Shown: positions 50,241 to 59,385 of the stretch, piece after piece
How the letters are laid out: each line of letters opens with the position of its first letter
Numbering within the stretch: the stretch's first letter is position 1
Origin: a virus
Virus record (IMG/VR): IMGVR_UViG_3300019776_000194
Span: 1 to 64,000 of that record
Length of the DNA stretch: 64,000 bases
Reading direction: 5' to 3' (one strand)
The notes under the pieces: model-generated
Told to the model about the DNA's origin: nothing
The model's database searches: none
The model's input: the letters and a program-made list of their open reading frames with translations, nothing else
Translations under genes and position numbers: made by a program

Positions 50241-51272
50241 TTAGTTACTTGTGTAAACACGAACTACTGCTTGTGGACGGAGCAATGCTGAAATGTGATT
50301 TGACTCAGTCTCAATATTGATCTTAGTGCCGTCTTGTGATGCTTGTTGGAATGCATACATCTTTTCACCAGCAGTGTTAACGAGTCCAAAACGTTCTGCA
50401 GGAGCAAAGTAGGTCTTAAACATATCAGAACCAGTTGGAACTGCAACACCTTCAGAAGCTGTCACAATCTTAGTGCCATTGTAACTATCACGAACTTCTT
50501 TGAAAGTCAAACCACCGAAGAAGAATTCACGACCATTTGGCAATGGGCTACCACCTGCTGCTAAACGGCTACGCATTGGGTCTAAACCAGCTTGAATAGA
50601 TGTGAATGAGCGATAAGCATCTTTAACCAGTGGATGAATAATCAAAGCATTGAAGAATGCTGTGTCACATGGTACAACAATACCATTATAATTTTCACCA
50701 GCCATACCGTCATAGATAGCAGCGATTACTAACTCAATTTTTGCCAAGATTTCTGTAGTAGTTGTACCTAATACAAAGTCAACAGCAGTACGAGAAACAC
50801 CAAACTCAGTATTCCAGTTTTGAGAGATTGTGCCATTTGGAGCATATGCGGTTGCAGAGAACAACGCCTGAGCACGGGCTTTATTCAATGTCCAATCATG
50901 ATTCTGACGCAAACGTTCCAACTTGCGCATTTGAACTTTTTGCAATTGTTCAACTTCATTGAAGTTGTCGTAAGCAGACTTGTTTTGCAAGTCTTTTGGT
51001 GTAATGTAGTCATCTTGTGGGAAGTGACCTACATTAAAAGAATGCAACTTACGAGTTCCATCTTTACTTACAGTGTTTTTCTCACCACGTACACGGTCAA
51101 CAATTAATGCGCCGTTTTGAGTGGTTTCTTCAAATACAACAACGTCAGAAGCAACACCTTCTTCTGCAAAAATACCCATGGTATTGAAAGTACCATACTG
51201 GATAGGGAGGTTACGAACAGCAGACGTTAAATCAACTACGTCAAAGTTATTTAATGGGCTACGAATTAGCAT
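50241..51272 (-). CDS. major capsid protein (lambda gpE-like family)
   Basis: 343 aa after decoration gene; YFAPA..VNTxG..Y and ESN.....RPQAV motifs. Confidence 0.88.
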   Translation of the reverse strand: MLIRSPLNNFDVVDLTSAVRNLPIQYGTFNTMGIFAEEGVASDVVVFEETTQNGALIVDRVRGEKNTVSKDGTRKLHSFNVGHFPQDDYITPKDLQNKSAYDNFNEVEQLQKVQMRKLERLRQNHDWTLNKARAQALFSATAYAPNGTISQNWNTEFGVSRTAVDFVLGTTTTEILAKIELVIAAIYDGMAGENYNGIVVPCDTAFFNALIIHPLVKDAYRSFTSIQAGLDPMRSRLAAGGSPLPNGREFFFGGLTFKEVRDSYNGTKIVTASEGVAVPTGSDMFKTYFAPAERFGLVNTAGEKMYAFQQASQDGTKINIETESNHISALLRPQAVVRVYTSN

Positions 51273-51296
51273 TATATATTTCCTTTATTATTTAAA

Positions 51297-51992
51297 TTAG
51301 TATTGAGCCAAAACGTCAATTCGTTGAGCTTCCAATTGTGCTTTGATATCTGCACGTTCAGCGTCTGTATCAACAGATGCACCATATGTCAGAGCAGAGT
51401 CTGCAACTGCACAATCACGATACAATACGAGAGCTTTAACGTCAGTGTTAGCTGCTGCAACAACAGAAACTGGAGCGCCTGTAGCATCACCTACCAAAAC
51501 AACTTTAGCAACTTCAGTGCCATCTGTAGCAGTAGCTTCTACCAATTTGTACTTAACAGTACCAGTAACTGTAATTGGAATTGAATCACCAGCAACGAAA
51601 TCTGTAGCACCGTCAGCTAATGTAAATGCGAAACCAGCTTGGTTGAATGCTGTAGCAACTTGACCTACACCAACAACTTTACCTTGTGGGTCGAGCAATG
51701 CGAAATCACCTGCATTAGCAACTGTTTTAGTAATTTTTACAGTGTACTTACCTAATTGCATATTAGCATTAGAAGTCAGAGTAATAGTACCCATAACACC
51801 ATTACCAGTACCTACTGTTGCACCTGCTGTACCTACTGGAGATGCGATGAAAGAGCCTAATACAGAGCCAATTGGCAATGTAGCTGCTGCTTGGTTAATT
51901 GTTACAACTTTCTTAGCTTTACCCCAAGAGATACCTTCTTCTTGTTTTACTACGTTTGAGTAGTGTTGTGTTTCCTGTGCTATAATAGCCAT
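51297..51992 (-). CDS. head decoration protein with inserted domain
   Basis: GSVLG and DGTEVA motifs flanking an insert ending DGATDFVAGD. Confidence 0.7.
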   Translation of the reverse strand: MAIIAQETQHYSNVVKQEEGISWGKAKKVVTINQAAATLPIGSVLGSFIASPVGTAGATVGTGNGVMGTITLTSNANMQLGKYTVKITKTVANAGDFALLDPQGKVVGVGQVATAFNQAGFAFTLADGATDFVAGDSIPITVTGTVKYKLVEATATDGTEVAKVVLVGDATGAPVSVVAAANTDVKALVLYRDCAVADSALTYGASVDTDAERADIKAQLEAQRIDVLAQY

Positions 51993-52060
51993 ATTTATTT
52001 CCTTTTAATTAGTTGTGGCAGATTGCCATTTTATTGAAGGCTTATATCCAGATGTTCTGG

Positions 52061-52786
52061 TCAAAGCTTACTGCTGAATACAAGCCAATCTTCATCCTCA
52101 AGAGGATTCCAACCTGCTTTGATATTTTTATAAATCACAGCTAACTTAGAGTAAGTTGTATCAAACTCTTTTGCTAGTTTTCTGCTTCCAATCGTGTTAT
52201 CTTGGGTGATTCTGTTAAATACTTTGTCAGCAATCTTCCAAACTTCGATTGATGCATTGGGTTTATTCCAAGGCTTTATTAGTCTATTAGCTTCTGAAGC
52301 TTTTGAAATGTTTATTGAATTATCCCTCTTCTTAGCTAGATTACTCATCAACTTTAAAGTTTCCTCTGAGTGCTTGTAATTTCTAGCAAGGGATGCTACA
52401 CTCATGCGAATCTTTGTCTCTTCAGATGCAACCCTACCTTTTTGAGACTTAGACATTTTCGCCCTAGACTCGGCAGAGAAAACTCTACCTCTGTTTATCT
52501 CAGTCCCACCAATAGATACGTTATATCCAATACTAGGAGTTGGTCTAAGTTTATACTCTAGCTCTAGACAATACTCATAATCAGCTTGAACAATAGTGTC
52601 ACAAACAATGTCGTCACCGTACTTTCTCATTGCATTATGTACTGGAAGATTGCTACCGCTTCTAACTGCATGTAAGTGTTGGGTAAATCGAGTACGTGCT
52701 CCTTTACAGGAAATACCGATGTACCCTTCATTAAACATATCTGTTTGCGTCTTAGAGTGAATCCAATAAACACAGCTTTTATTCAT
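52061..52786 (-). CDS. GIY-YIG homing endonuclease with NUMOD3-like repeats
   Basis: VYWI...GYIG, RFxQH, GYN, SAESRAKMS and SEETKIRMS repeats. Confidence 0.82.
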   Translation of the reverse strand: MNKSCVYWIHSKTQTDMFNEGYIGISCKGARTRFTQHLHAVRSGSNLPVHNAMRKYGDDIVCDTIVQADYEYCLELEYKLRPTPSIGYNVSIGGTEINRGRVFSAESRAKMSKSQKGRVASEETKIRMSVASLARNYKHSEETLKLMSNLAKKRDNSINISKASEANRLIKPWNKPNASIEVWKIADKVFNRITQDNTIGSRKLAKEFDTTYSKLAVIYKNIKAGWNPLEDEDWLVFSSKL

Positions 52787-52787
52787 A

Positions 52788-53303
52788 TTACTTAGCAGAG
52801 TATTTCTCTGCAAATGCTTTTTCTAAGGACTGAACTTGATCTAACTCAACAACGTTCGCTTCTGCTGCCACGCCAGTTTCTTGAAACAGGGGGCTAGAAG
52901 CCTCTGTCGCTAATGCTGTTGCTTTCGCATCAACAATAAGGTTGAATGTAGCGTCATCTAAAGACTCTGTAGCAGCCATTAAAGCTTCTGCTTTTTCGTC
53001 CCCTACAAATGCTACAATACGTTCTTTACGTGCTGTCATTTTTGCAGTATGAGCATCTACTTCCAATTGTTTCTTAGCTGCGTCTGCTGCTGTTAAAGCT
53101 GCTTGAGCTACTTCTAATTGGGATGTCAGTTCTGCAAAAGAAGCTTCCAAAGAAGCATACTTAGTTGACAGTTCTGAGAATTGAGCTACTTGAGCTTCAA
53201 GAGTTGTTTTGGTAGTAGTGAGTTCAGTAGCAAGCTCTGCTGCAGACATCTCCACATCACCTTCTTTTTCTTTGTTCATGAGTTTTTGAATACCTTTTAG
53301 CAT
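52788..53303 (-). CDS. capsid scaffolding protein (putative)
   Basis: Coiled-coil, Ala/Glu-rich, directly after protease. Confidence 0.7.
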   Translation of the reverse strand: MLKGIQKLMNKEKEGDVEMSAAELATELTTTKTTLEAQVAQFSELSTKYASLEASFAELTSQLEVAQAALTAADAAKKQLEVDAHTAKMTARKERIVAFVGDEKAEALMAATESLDDATFNLIVDAKATALATEASSPLFQETGVAAEANVVELDQVQSLEKAFAEKYSAK

Positions 53304-54175
53304 TACATGGTTCCTTTTTGTTTATCTACTACATATTTGACAAATTCTTTATTTGTCATAATTCCTGTTACTAATCCGTTTGATAACGAGTCTTCTGCAT
53401 CAAACACCTCTGCTTCAAAACCTTTAATATCAGATATTGAAAGTCCTGTATACTTTGCTACGTGGTCTGTAAACTCATTGTTAAGTTTGTCTACTGATTT
53501 CTGCAAACTTTCCAAGAAGCTCTTCTTAAATGCCCCTGTCTCATCGAATGGGACTTTGTTTTCGCCAGAAGTAATATAAATACGTTTATATCCTTCCATC
53601 TCCATTGCCTTAGAAGTATCAAGCAGGGAAATTACGCAACCAATTGAACCACTAGAAGCCGAAGGATTAATGTAAAGCTCATCACAAACAGCAGCAATCG
53701 CATACGCAGCAGAACAAGCCATTGTGTCAATGTACCCAAGTAAAGTCACACCTTCTTCGTCACACATCTTGCGAATTTCTTCTACCGTTTCAAATACATG
53801 TGAAGCTTCCCCACCTCCTGAGGAGAAATTCATGATGATTGTTGTAGCACCATCTTCAATCGCACTTTCAACATCGTCTTGGAGTGATTGATAACTTGTA
53901 CCAACCTCTCCACATATTGTCTCTACTGGTTTGTAAGTTAAAGTCCCACAAACATCAATCACCACAATAGGAAGTGGACTTTCATCAAAATCATCCATAT
54001 CATCAGGTGTATCTTCCTCTTCTGGAGAATCATCTCCCATAGGAATTAGCATCTGTATACCCTTAGAATTACGAGCCTCTAAGTAATCTAAAATAACATC
54101 AAACGCCTGAGTTGTGATAAGATGGGGTGTATTATGTATTTTTGTCGAGAGCCTTAAGAGGCTATGTTTTGGCAT
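53303..54175 (-). CDS. prohead protease, S49 family
   Basis: SGGGE, ACSAAYAIA, GSIG, GENK motifs. Confidence 0.9.
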   Translation of the reverse strand: MPKHSLLRLSTKIHNTPHLITTQAFDVILDYLEARNSKGIQMLIPMGDDSPEEEDTPDDMDDFDESPLPIVVIDVCGTLTYKPVETICGEVGTSYQSLQDDVESAIEDGATTIIMNFSSGGGEASHVFETVEEIRKMCDEEGVTLLGYIDTMACSAAYAIAAVCDELYINPSASSGSIGCVISLLDTSKAMEMEGYKRIYITSGENKVPFDETGAFKKSFLESLQKSVDKLNNEFTDHVAKYTGLSISDIKGFEAEVFDAEDSLSNGLVTGIMTNKEFVKYVVDKQKGTM

Positions 54176-54858
54176 GAAGCCTCCTTATAATTATCTAACC
54201 AAACAGAATAACAGTTATCTTCACTAGGATTCCAACCTGATTTTATTTTGTTTACAACTTTCATAGCAGAGTCGGGCGTTATGCCGAATTCTTTTGCCAC
54301 TGAGCGTCTTCCAATAACTTCACCCTTTGAAAACTTTGCGTAAATATCTAAAGCCAAAGACCAACAATATTTATTAGAGTGAGGATGCTCCCAAGGATTC
54401 TCAAAAGTCATGACAGCCTTACCAATTACTCTCATTCTGGCTAAGTGTTCCTCAGCTACTTTTCTTCCAGTTCTTTTACTGGCAGATTTTTGAATAGCAT
54501 CTGCTGACATTTTCTTGCCAGTATTTATAACCCTCAACTTTTCAACAGCTTCTTTAGAAAGTTTCCTTCCCTCATTCCTAGACTCACCTCCAGCACATAT
54601 ATTCCATGCAATATTAGGTTTACTTCGATAAGCCCATTCTAATAAGTTACAGAATTCTGAGTCATCCTCTGCTAAAATAGTCACTTTAAAGTCGGGATGT
54701 TTTCTCATAGCATTATAAAGCGTATTTTTACAACCTTTTCTAAGCATGTGCATGTGACCGCTCATCCTTTTATTTAAAGACCTAGTAGTAACACCTATAT
54801 AGCCTTGAGTTTTTGGGTTAGTGTGATCTGGACTATGAATCCAATATAAAATTGCCAT
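54154..54858 (-). CDS. GIY-YIG homing endonuclease (paralog of the 52061 ORF)
   Basis: LYWI...GYIGVT, RMxxH, WN..GG; C-terminal IKxGWNPxED shared with paralog. Confidence 0.82.
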   Translation of the reverse strand: MAILYWIHSPDHTNPKTQGYIGVTTRSLNKRMSGHMHMLRKGCKNTLYNAMRKHPDFKVTILAEDDSEFCNLLEWAYRSKPNIAWNICAGGESRNEGRKLSKEAVEKLRVINTGKKMSADAIQKSASKRTGRKVAEEHLARMRVIGKAVMTFENPWEHPHSNKYCWSLALDIYAKFSKGEVIGRRSVAKEFGITPDSAMKVVNKIKSGWNPSEDNCYSVWLDNYKEASCQNIAS

Positions 54859-54861
54859 TCA

Positions 54862-56373
54862 TCACCCCTTATTGTTAGCATTTTGTGCCGAATTGTCTTT
54901 TCCACCTTTATTAGATGTACTCGTACCACCATTGACAAGACCTGTCCCAACTGCCATACCCTCTGCGGAACTAGATGATTTACCTGCCAATGTGGTAGAT
55001 AGGTTATCAACGTCTACTGGTGCGTTTTCATCTAAAAGTTTGAATCCACCAATTTCACGAATCTTATTCAATACGTCGCGGGTAACTTCTATACCACCAA
55101 CACTGAACACACGTTGCACAAACTTGGAGAACTCTTCTAAACTTGTAGAACTGACATCTTTAAATTTAATTTGTGGAAGCTCTGCTAAGTCCCATCCGTT
55201 TAATGACCACAACTGCTGTACTAAATCCTTGTTCAATGCATTTGCAATTTCACCTAGTCTGTAACTAACAGCCATTGCTAGTAAATTTGTGTCACCATCC
55301 TGTAAACTCAACGACCCAGCAGTATCACTACCCATCTTGACAGCATCACATGACAACACAGACAAAATATTTGCTTGCAATGTCTTAATGATTTCGAGTA
55401 CATTATAGGCTTTACCGCCTTTGGACTCTAACAGTGATACATTGAATAGTTTGCCTTTAGTATCAGGGTCATAAGCCATTGGGAATACAATTCCTCGTTG
55501 CTGACCACTTGCTAAGTCATCTACTATCTTACGGCAAACCTCGTACATTGCTTTTTGGTCATCGGATGCGTCTGGAGCCATGTACTGCGGAGGAATCTCT
55601 AATAGCGGGAGTCCTTGTGTATCTTTGGCAACACCTGTCATCATATTATCTGTAAGCAATGTTAGTTGCTTATAAGCTAAATATGCTGCTTTCAGGATGC
55701 TGTTACCTTCTGGATTACCATTCGTAGGGTCTACGTTGAATAGGATGAATTTCTCACGAGGGATTTTAATTAGACCATTCTCGTCCATGAGGTTAGAGAA
55801 TCTATACCCATTTTCTAAGTTAGCTAGTGACTGAGATACACCGATAAGTTCTCTACCATCTTCTGAGAAGTTCCACTTTTCAATAGTAGCTTGAGGTCGT
55901 GTGCGTAATGCTTTAATACCTACAAGTCCATCGTTATACTTACTTCCGTTAGAACGTAAACGTCTGCGGTAGATTTTCTCTGAAATATGAAAGCCATATT
56001 CTAATACAGGGAAAGTGTTCTGCAATGTTTGCTGGAAAGTGTCTTCCATATCGTGCAGACAAGAATGTAAGAACTTCGCTCGTTCTCTATGCTTAGGACT
56101 ATCATCAAAAGGCTCTACATACATTTCTGCACGATTCATGAGCATTCTGATAGCATTCATCCCGATAGCCACGGGAGGTGACAACCTCATTTCATCTACT
56201 ACTTTGATCCTTGCTGGCATACGAAAAGCTTGATTAGCTTCTTCGTAAATTCTGCCATTAGAAGTTTTTATTACGTTAAATCCTTGCGCACCTAACTTAA
56301 TACGTGGTATAATAGTGCCACTGTCAGGTTGCAGAGCTGTTGAAACGCCATCAGGCGAGTTCGCTTCTGGCAT
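54862..56373 (-). CDS. portal protein
   Basis: 503 aa between terL and protease; YGFxxxEK, NPEGxSIL. Confidence 0.85.
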   Translation of the reverse strand: MPEANSPDGVSTALQPDSGTIIPRIKLGAQGFNVIKTSNGRIYEEANQAFRMPARIKVVDEMRLSPPVAIGMNAIRMLMNRAEMYVEPFDDSPKHRERAKFLHSCLHDMEDTFQQTLQNTFPVLEYGFHISEKIYRRRLRSNGSKYNDGLVGIKALRTRPQATIEKWNFSEDGRELIGVSQSLANLENGYRFSNLMDENGLIKIPREKFILFNVDPTNGNPEGNSILKAAYLAYKQLTLLTDNMMTGVAKDTQGLPLLEIPPQYMAPDASDDQKAMYEVCRKIVDDLASGQQRGIVFPMAYDPDTKGKLFNVSLLESKGGKAYNVLEIIKTLQANILSVLSCDAVKMGSDTAGSLSLQDGDTNLLAMAVSYRLGEIANALNKDLVQQLWSLNGWDLAELPQIKFKDVSSTSLEEFSKFVQRVFSVGGIEVTRDVLNKIREIGGFKLLDENAPVDVDNLSTTLAGKSSSSAEGMAVGTGLVNGGTSTSNKGGKDNSAQNANNKG

Positions 56374-56414
56374 GTTTATTGCTCCTTGTAATGCTTATTA
56401 TGTTTATGGTCGTA

Positions 56415-56443
56415 ATTATACCACAAAAGTGTCTTGTTGTCAA
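56415..56443 (-). promoter_or_regulatory. consensus sigma70 promoter for portal operon
   Basis: Minus strand TTGACA-17-TATAAT with TG extension. Confidence 0.85.
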
Positions 56444-56461
56444 GATGTTTCTGTAGTATGA

Positions 56462-58133
56462 TTATATAGTTGGTATTGGGGATGGTCTAGTAAAGGACGG
56501 TAAACTGAAGGTCGGAAGTGTGTGGGTTCGCATCAACGCCTTACATGCCGTACCAGTTGCGTCCCAATAATCGTCCTTCTGCTGTCGCTTTCCATCTACA
56601 AAATCTTCTAATTCTGATAACAGTGGCTCAGTATCCCAACTTCCATCATCTAGAATTTTGACAAAACCTGCCTCAGCTAATGTCAAGAATGGCTGCATTC
56701 TGTGTAGTTTACTTTTTGTACCGCCAGACTTATCAATTCTTGCATCGACACCAGCTTCAATTAATGTCTTAACAAAAAACATAGTGGCTGCTTTAGCTGC
56801 TACACCTACGTCTTCAGGTAAGTACACTGCAGGTGAATGTCCTATAGCCTTATCTCTACGGTCTGTTTCTGCAATGTGTTCCATTACACCGTTAATTAGA
56901 GACCTGTATCGTTCTCCGTGATGGATAATGTAATAGCCCGATTTTGTCTTAGACATCATTACAGATGCAGTCCAGTCAGGGTCTGGATAAGCTTCAGAAG
57001 GTAAACTACCTGCAATATCCATACCACGAACTGTTGCTACAATGTCATCAGGAAGTTCTGTAATTACTTCGCACCAATCTCTTTTAAAAAATCCTCTTGA
57101 CTCTTCTTTCGCATGCCACGACCCTAAGTAGAGACGTTCACGTTCAGTGCGCTTCAAGTTCTCCAAACGAGCTACGTAGTTTGGATTCAAGATTTTCATG
57201 ATGGGGTTATCTTTAACCGTAGCAGAAATATAAGTATATGTTTGAGCTTGGATTTTATCTCCATACTTCTCAATCAACTCTTCTTTTGTATCTGCTGTTA
57301 CTGTCACACCGCCATAAGTAGCGTAGTATCTCTCTTTACCAGACAATTCAGGAATGGGAATACCTGTTTCCATATCTAAATACGGCTGTACGAATTGGTA
57401 AAGGTAGGAGGCTCTTGATGGGTTAGCTGTACAGATAAGTTGGTGAGGAGCTTGTGCTTTAGAGCGAATACGAGACTCTAGGTATTTGATTTGAGTTTCA
57501 CTATGCCATTGAGCTTCATCGAAACAAACTAGTGAGAATTGCCCACCGTCAAAGTTGTTAATATCCCTATCTGCTTGACACACTTTAAACTGCACTTGTG
57601 CTCCACTTGGGAATGTGGCTGTCATCTGTGGATGTGTCTTAAACTTTGCTCCGTAATCTTTCCACATATCTTGTGCTTCCATGAACAAACCACCAGCTTG
57701 TGAAAGCTGTGTGGATGTCTCACGAATGAATACACCTCTAAAATATGGGTCGTGAATGTATTTTAGAATTAACATTAACGCTTGGTGCGATTTGCCAGAA
57801 CCTGCCATCTGACGTATTCAAAAGGGGTCGTTACACCCTTCCCGCTTTATTCAAGCTGCTGAAAGTCGCCTTTCAGATTAGACTATATCTTCTGACTCCC
57901 CTGTTTCCACTCACTTGAGTGTACGGCTTTCGCCTAGTCGTTGAACCTTCCTGCAAACAGGCTTGGCTGCGGATTGTCTCTGTGAGAGTTTCCCGCAATT
58001 GAAGGGATGTTTTTAACGTGGAGGCACAGGATTATCTACCACCACCGAATATCACGAAATTAGACTTGCAATTCAGAAACTTCCTGTGAGCTTCTGAAGC
58101 AGGTGCTAATACTTTACGTTCTTTTTTGCTCAT
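56462..58133 (-). CDS. terL: terminase large subunit, two exons (58133-58038 and 57805-56462; 479 aa spliced)
   Basis: Splicing restores Walker A FGGG|AGSGKS; Walker B FDEA, TANP coupling motif, nuclease GMDIA...DDYWDA; AAGGAG RBS before 58133. Confidence 0.92.
57806..58037 (-). mobile_element. group I self-splicing intron, 232 nt, no ORF
   Basis: P AATTGCGGGAAA, Q AATCCGCAGC, R GTTCAACGACTA, S AAGATATAGTCT; P1 with U.G pair; P10 CCUGU/GCAGG; terminal G. Confidence 0.92.
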
Positions 58134-58220
58134 TTTACTCCTTTAAATTCTGATAGCACACCACACTAACCTTGCTGCTATCTTAGGAGAACATATCTTC
58201 TCCTCTCACCTCAAAACAAA

Positions 58221-58314
58221 ATTGCAAACAGAACGGCTCTACAACGTCACAGGAGAAAGCACGAAGGAGGAGAACGTGCCAAGGAGAATGACGGAGAGCC
58301 GTTGTATTTACAAT
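58221..58314 (-). ncRNA. putative structured small RNA displaying three UUCUCCU (anti-SD-like) segments
   Basis: Nested stems AUUGUAAA/UUUGCAAU, AACGGCUCU/AGAGCCGUU, CGUCA/UGACG, GCACG/CGUGC; a G.U pair favours the minus strand. Confidence 0.6.
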
Positions 58315-58372
58315 CTAAAGAGGTTTATAAGGAACTCCTCAATCCTACACGATGGCTGCAACCTACGAATAT

Positions 58373-58445
58373 TGGATGCGGTCGCCTGACTTGAACAGGA
58401 CTGAAAGCTTATGAGACTTTCGTGCAACCTTTACACTACCCCGCA
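58373..58445 (-). tRNA. tRNA with CAU anticodon (Met or Ile2), imperfect acceptor stem
   Basis: D arm GTGT/GCAC, anticodon arm AAAGT-CTCATAA-GCTTT, T arm CCTG-TTCAAGT-CAGG, encoded CCA. Confidence 0.75.
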
Positions 58446-58536
58446 ATTGTTCTTGCAGACCTCTCATCTACTCGTATGTTTTAATCTAAACATATAAAAT
58501 CAAGGGTTGGCTGATTCCATCCCATATTCTTTACAA

Positions 58537-58911
58537 TTAATCAACTTCAGCGATATTCTCAAAATCTAAAAGTGGTTGACTTTCATCATCTTCATCATTA
58601 TCATCTACAATAATACCGCCATTACGTTGAATACTTAAAAGCAACTCATGATGTTTTGCTGCAAACTCTTTATTCCTAGCTTTCTCAGCAGACTCAACTT
58701 TAATAGACTCCATGTGCATAGTCATAAGAAACTTTGCTGCTTCCATCCTATCTTTCCTACTTGCTGTAGGGTCATCTCTTACAGATACCAAGTATGCCAT
58801 AGATGGTTTATTTTCCTTGTTTAGCAATCGCTTCTGTATAGTAATCGAGTTCTTCTTGCTCTGAACACCTGTCCTTACTATCTCTCCTACTGAATTATCT
58901 ACATCACTCAT
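58537..58911 (-). CDS. putative terminase small subunit
   Basis: First gene of late arm, upstream of terL; helical with acidic tail. Confidence 0.5.
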   Translation of the reverse strand: MSDVDNSVGEIVRTGVQSKKNSITIQKRLLNKENKPSMAYLVSVRDDPTASRKDRMEAAKFLMTMHMESIKVESAEKARNKEFAAKHHELLLSIQRNGGIIVDDNDEDDESQPLLDFENIAEVD

Positions 58912-58943
58912 ACATCTCCTGCTATTATTGTTCTGTTACGCTC

Positions 58944-58972
58944 ATTATACATACAAGATAGTCGTTTGTCAA
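58944..58972 (-). promoter_or_regulatory. consensus sigma70 promoter starting the morphogenesis arm
   Basis: Minus strand TTGACA-17-TATAAT. Confidence 0.85.
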
Positions 58973-59014
58973 GCCCCTTGCAAGAATATTAACAAATTTC
59001 TTAGAAGAAAGCAC

Positions 59015-59043
59015 TTGATTTTATTCACTTTGGGTGCTATAGT
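59015..59043 (+). promoter_or_regulatory. divergent sigma70-like promoter
   Basis: TTGATT-17-TATAGT with TG extension. Confidence 0.6.
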
Positions 59044-59075
59044 TTAATTTCTAGAAATGCTGACAAGGAAATTTA

Positions 59076-59285
59076 ATGGATAACACTATTGAAATTACAA
59101 AACATGGAGATTGGGAAGTAGCAACAAAGAAATGTAAACTTGGGTATACTTCATGGGCAAAGAGGGGTAAAATTCAAGGAACAAATGCCGTAAATGAAAC
59201 AGGACAACATGTATGGTTCAATTTTGGTAATACTCGTGAAGAAGCTCGTAAAGCAATAACAAAAGAACTCAATATAGGAGAATAA
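59076..59285 (+). CDS. hypothetical protein
   Basis: AAGGA RBS after promoter. Confidence 0.65.
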   Translation: MDNTIEITKHGDWEVATKKCKLGYTSWAKRGKIQGTNAVNETGQHVWFNFGNTREEARKAITKELNIGE

Positions 59286-59385
59286 TATGGAAGAATACAC
59301 AGAATTAGAATACCTAGATGTAAACGACTTTGTAGAGCACATGCTCGAAGAAGATGAATTTGATAATTAATAGAAAGGAAACACA

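Noticed and set aside
28941-56921. Many + strand ORFs antisense to structural genes (e.g. 46494..47123, 31078..31479)
   Set aside because: Shadow frames of Thr/Ser/Ala-rich genes, no RBS or motifs
56462-57808. ORF-track TerL starting at MAGSGKS
   Set aside because: No RBS, truncated Walker A; the G of this ATG is the intron's terminal G
58450-58535. Second tRNA upstream of tRNA(CAU)
   Set aside because: Only short hairpins; no cloverleaf, T-loop or CCA
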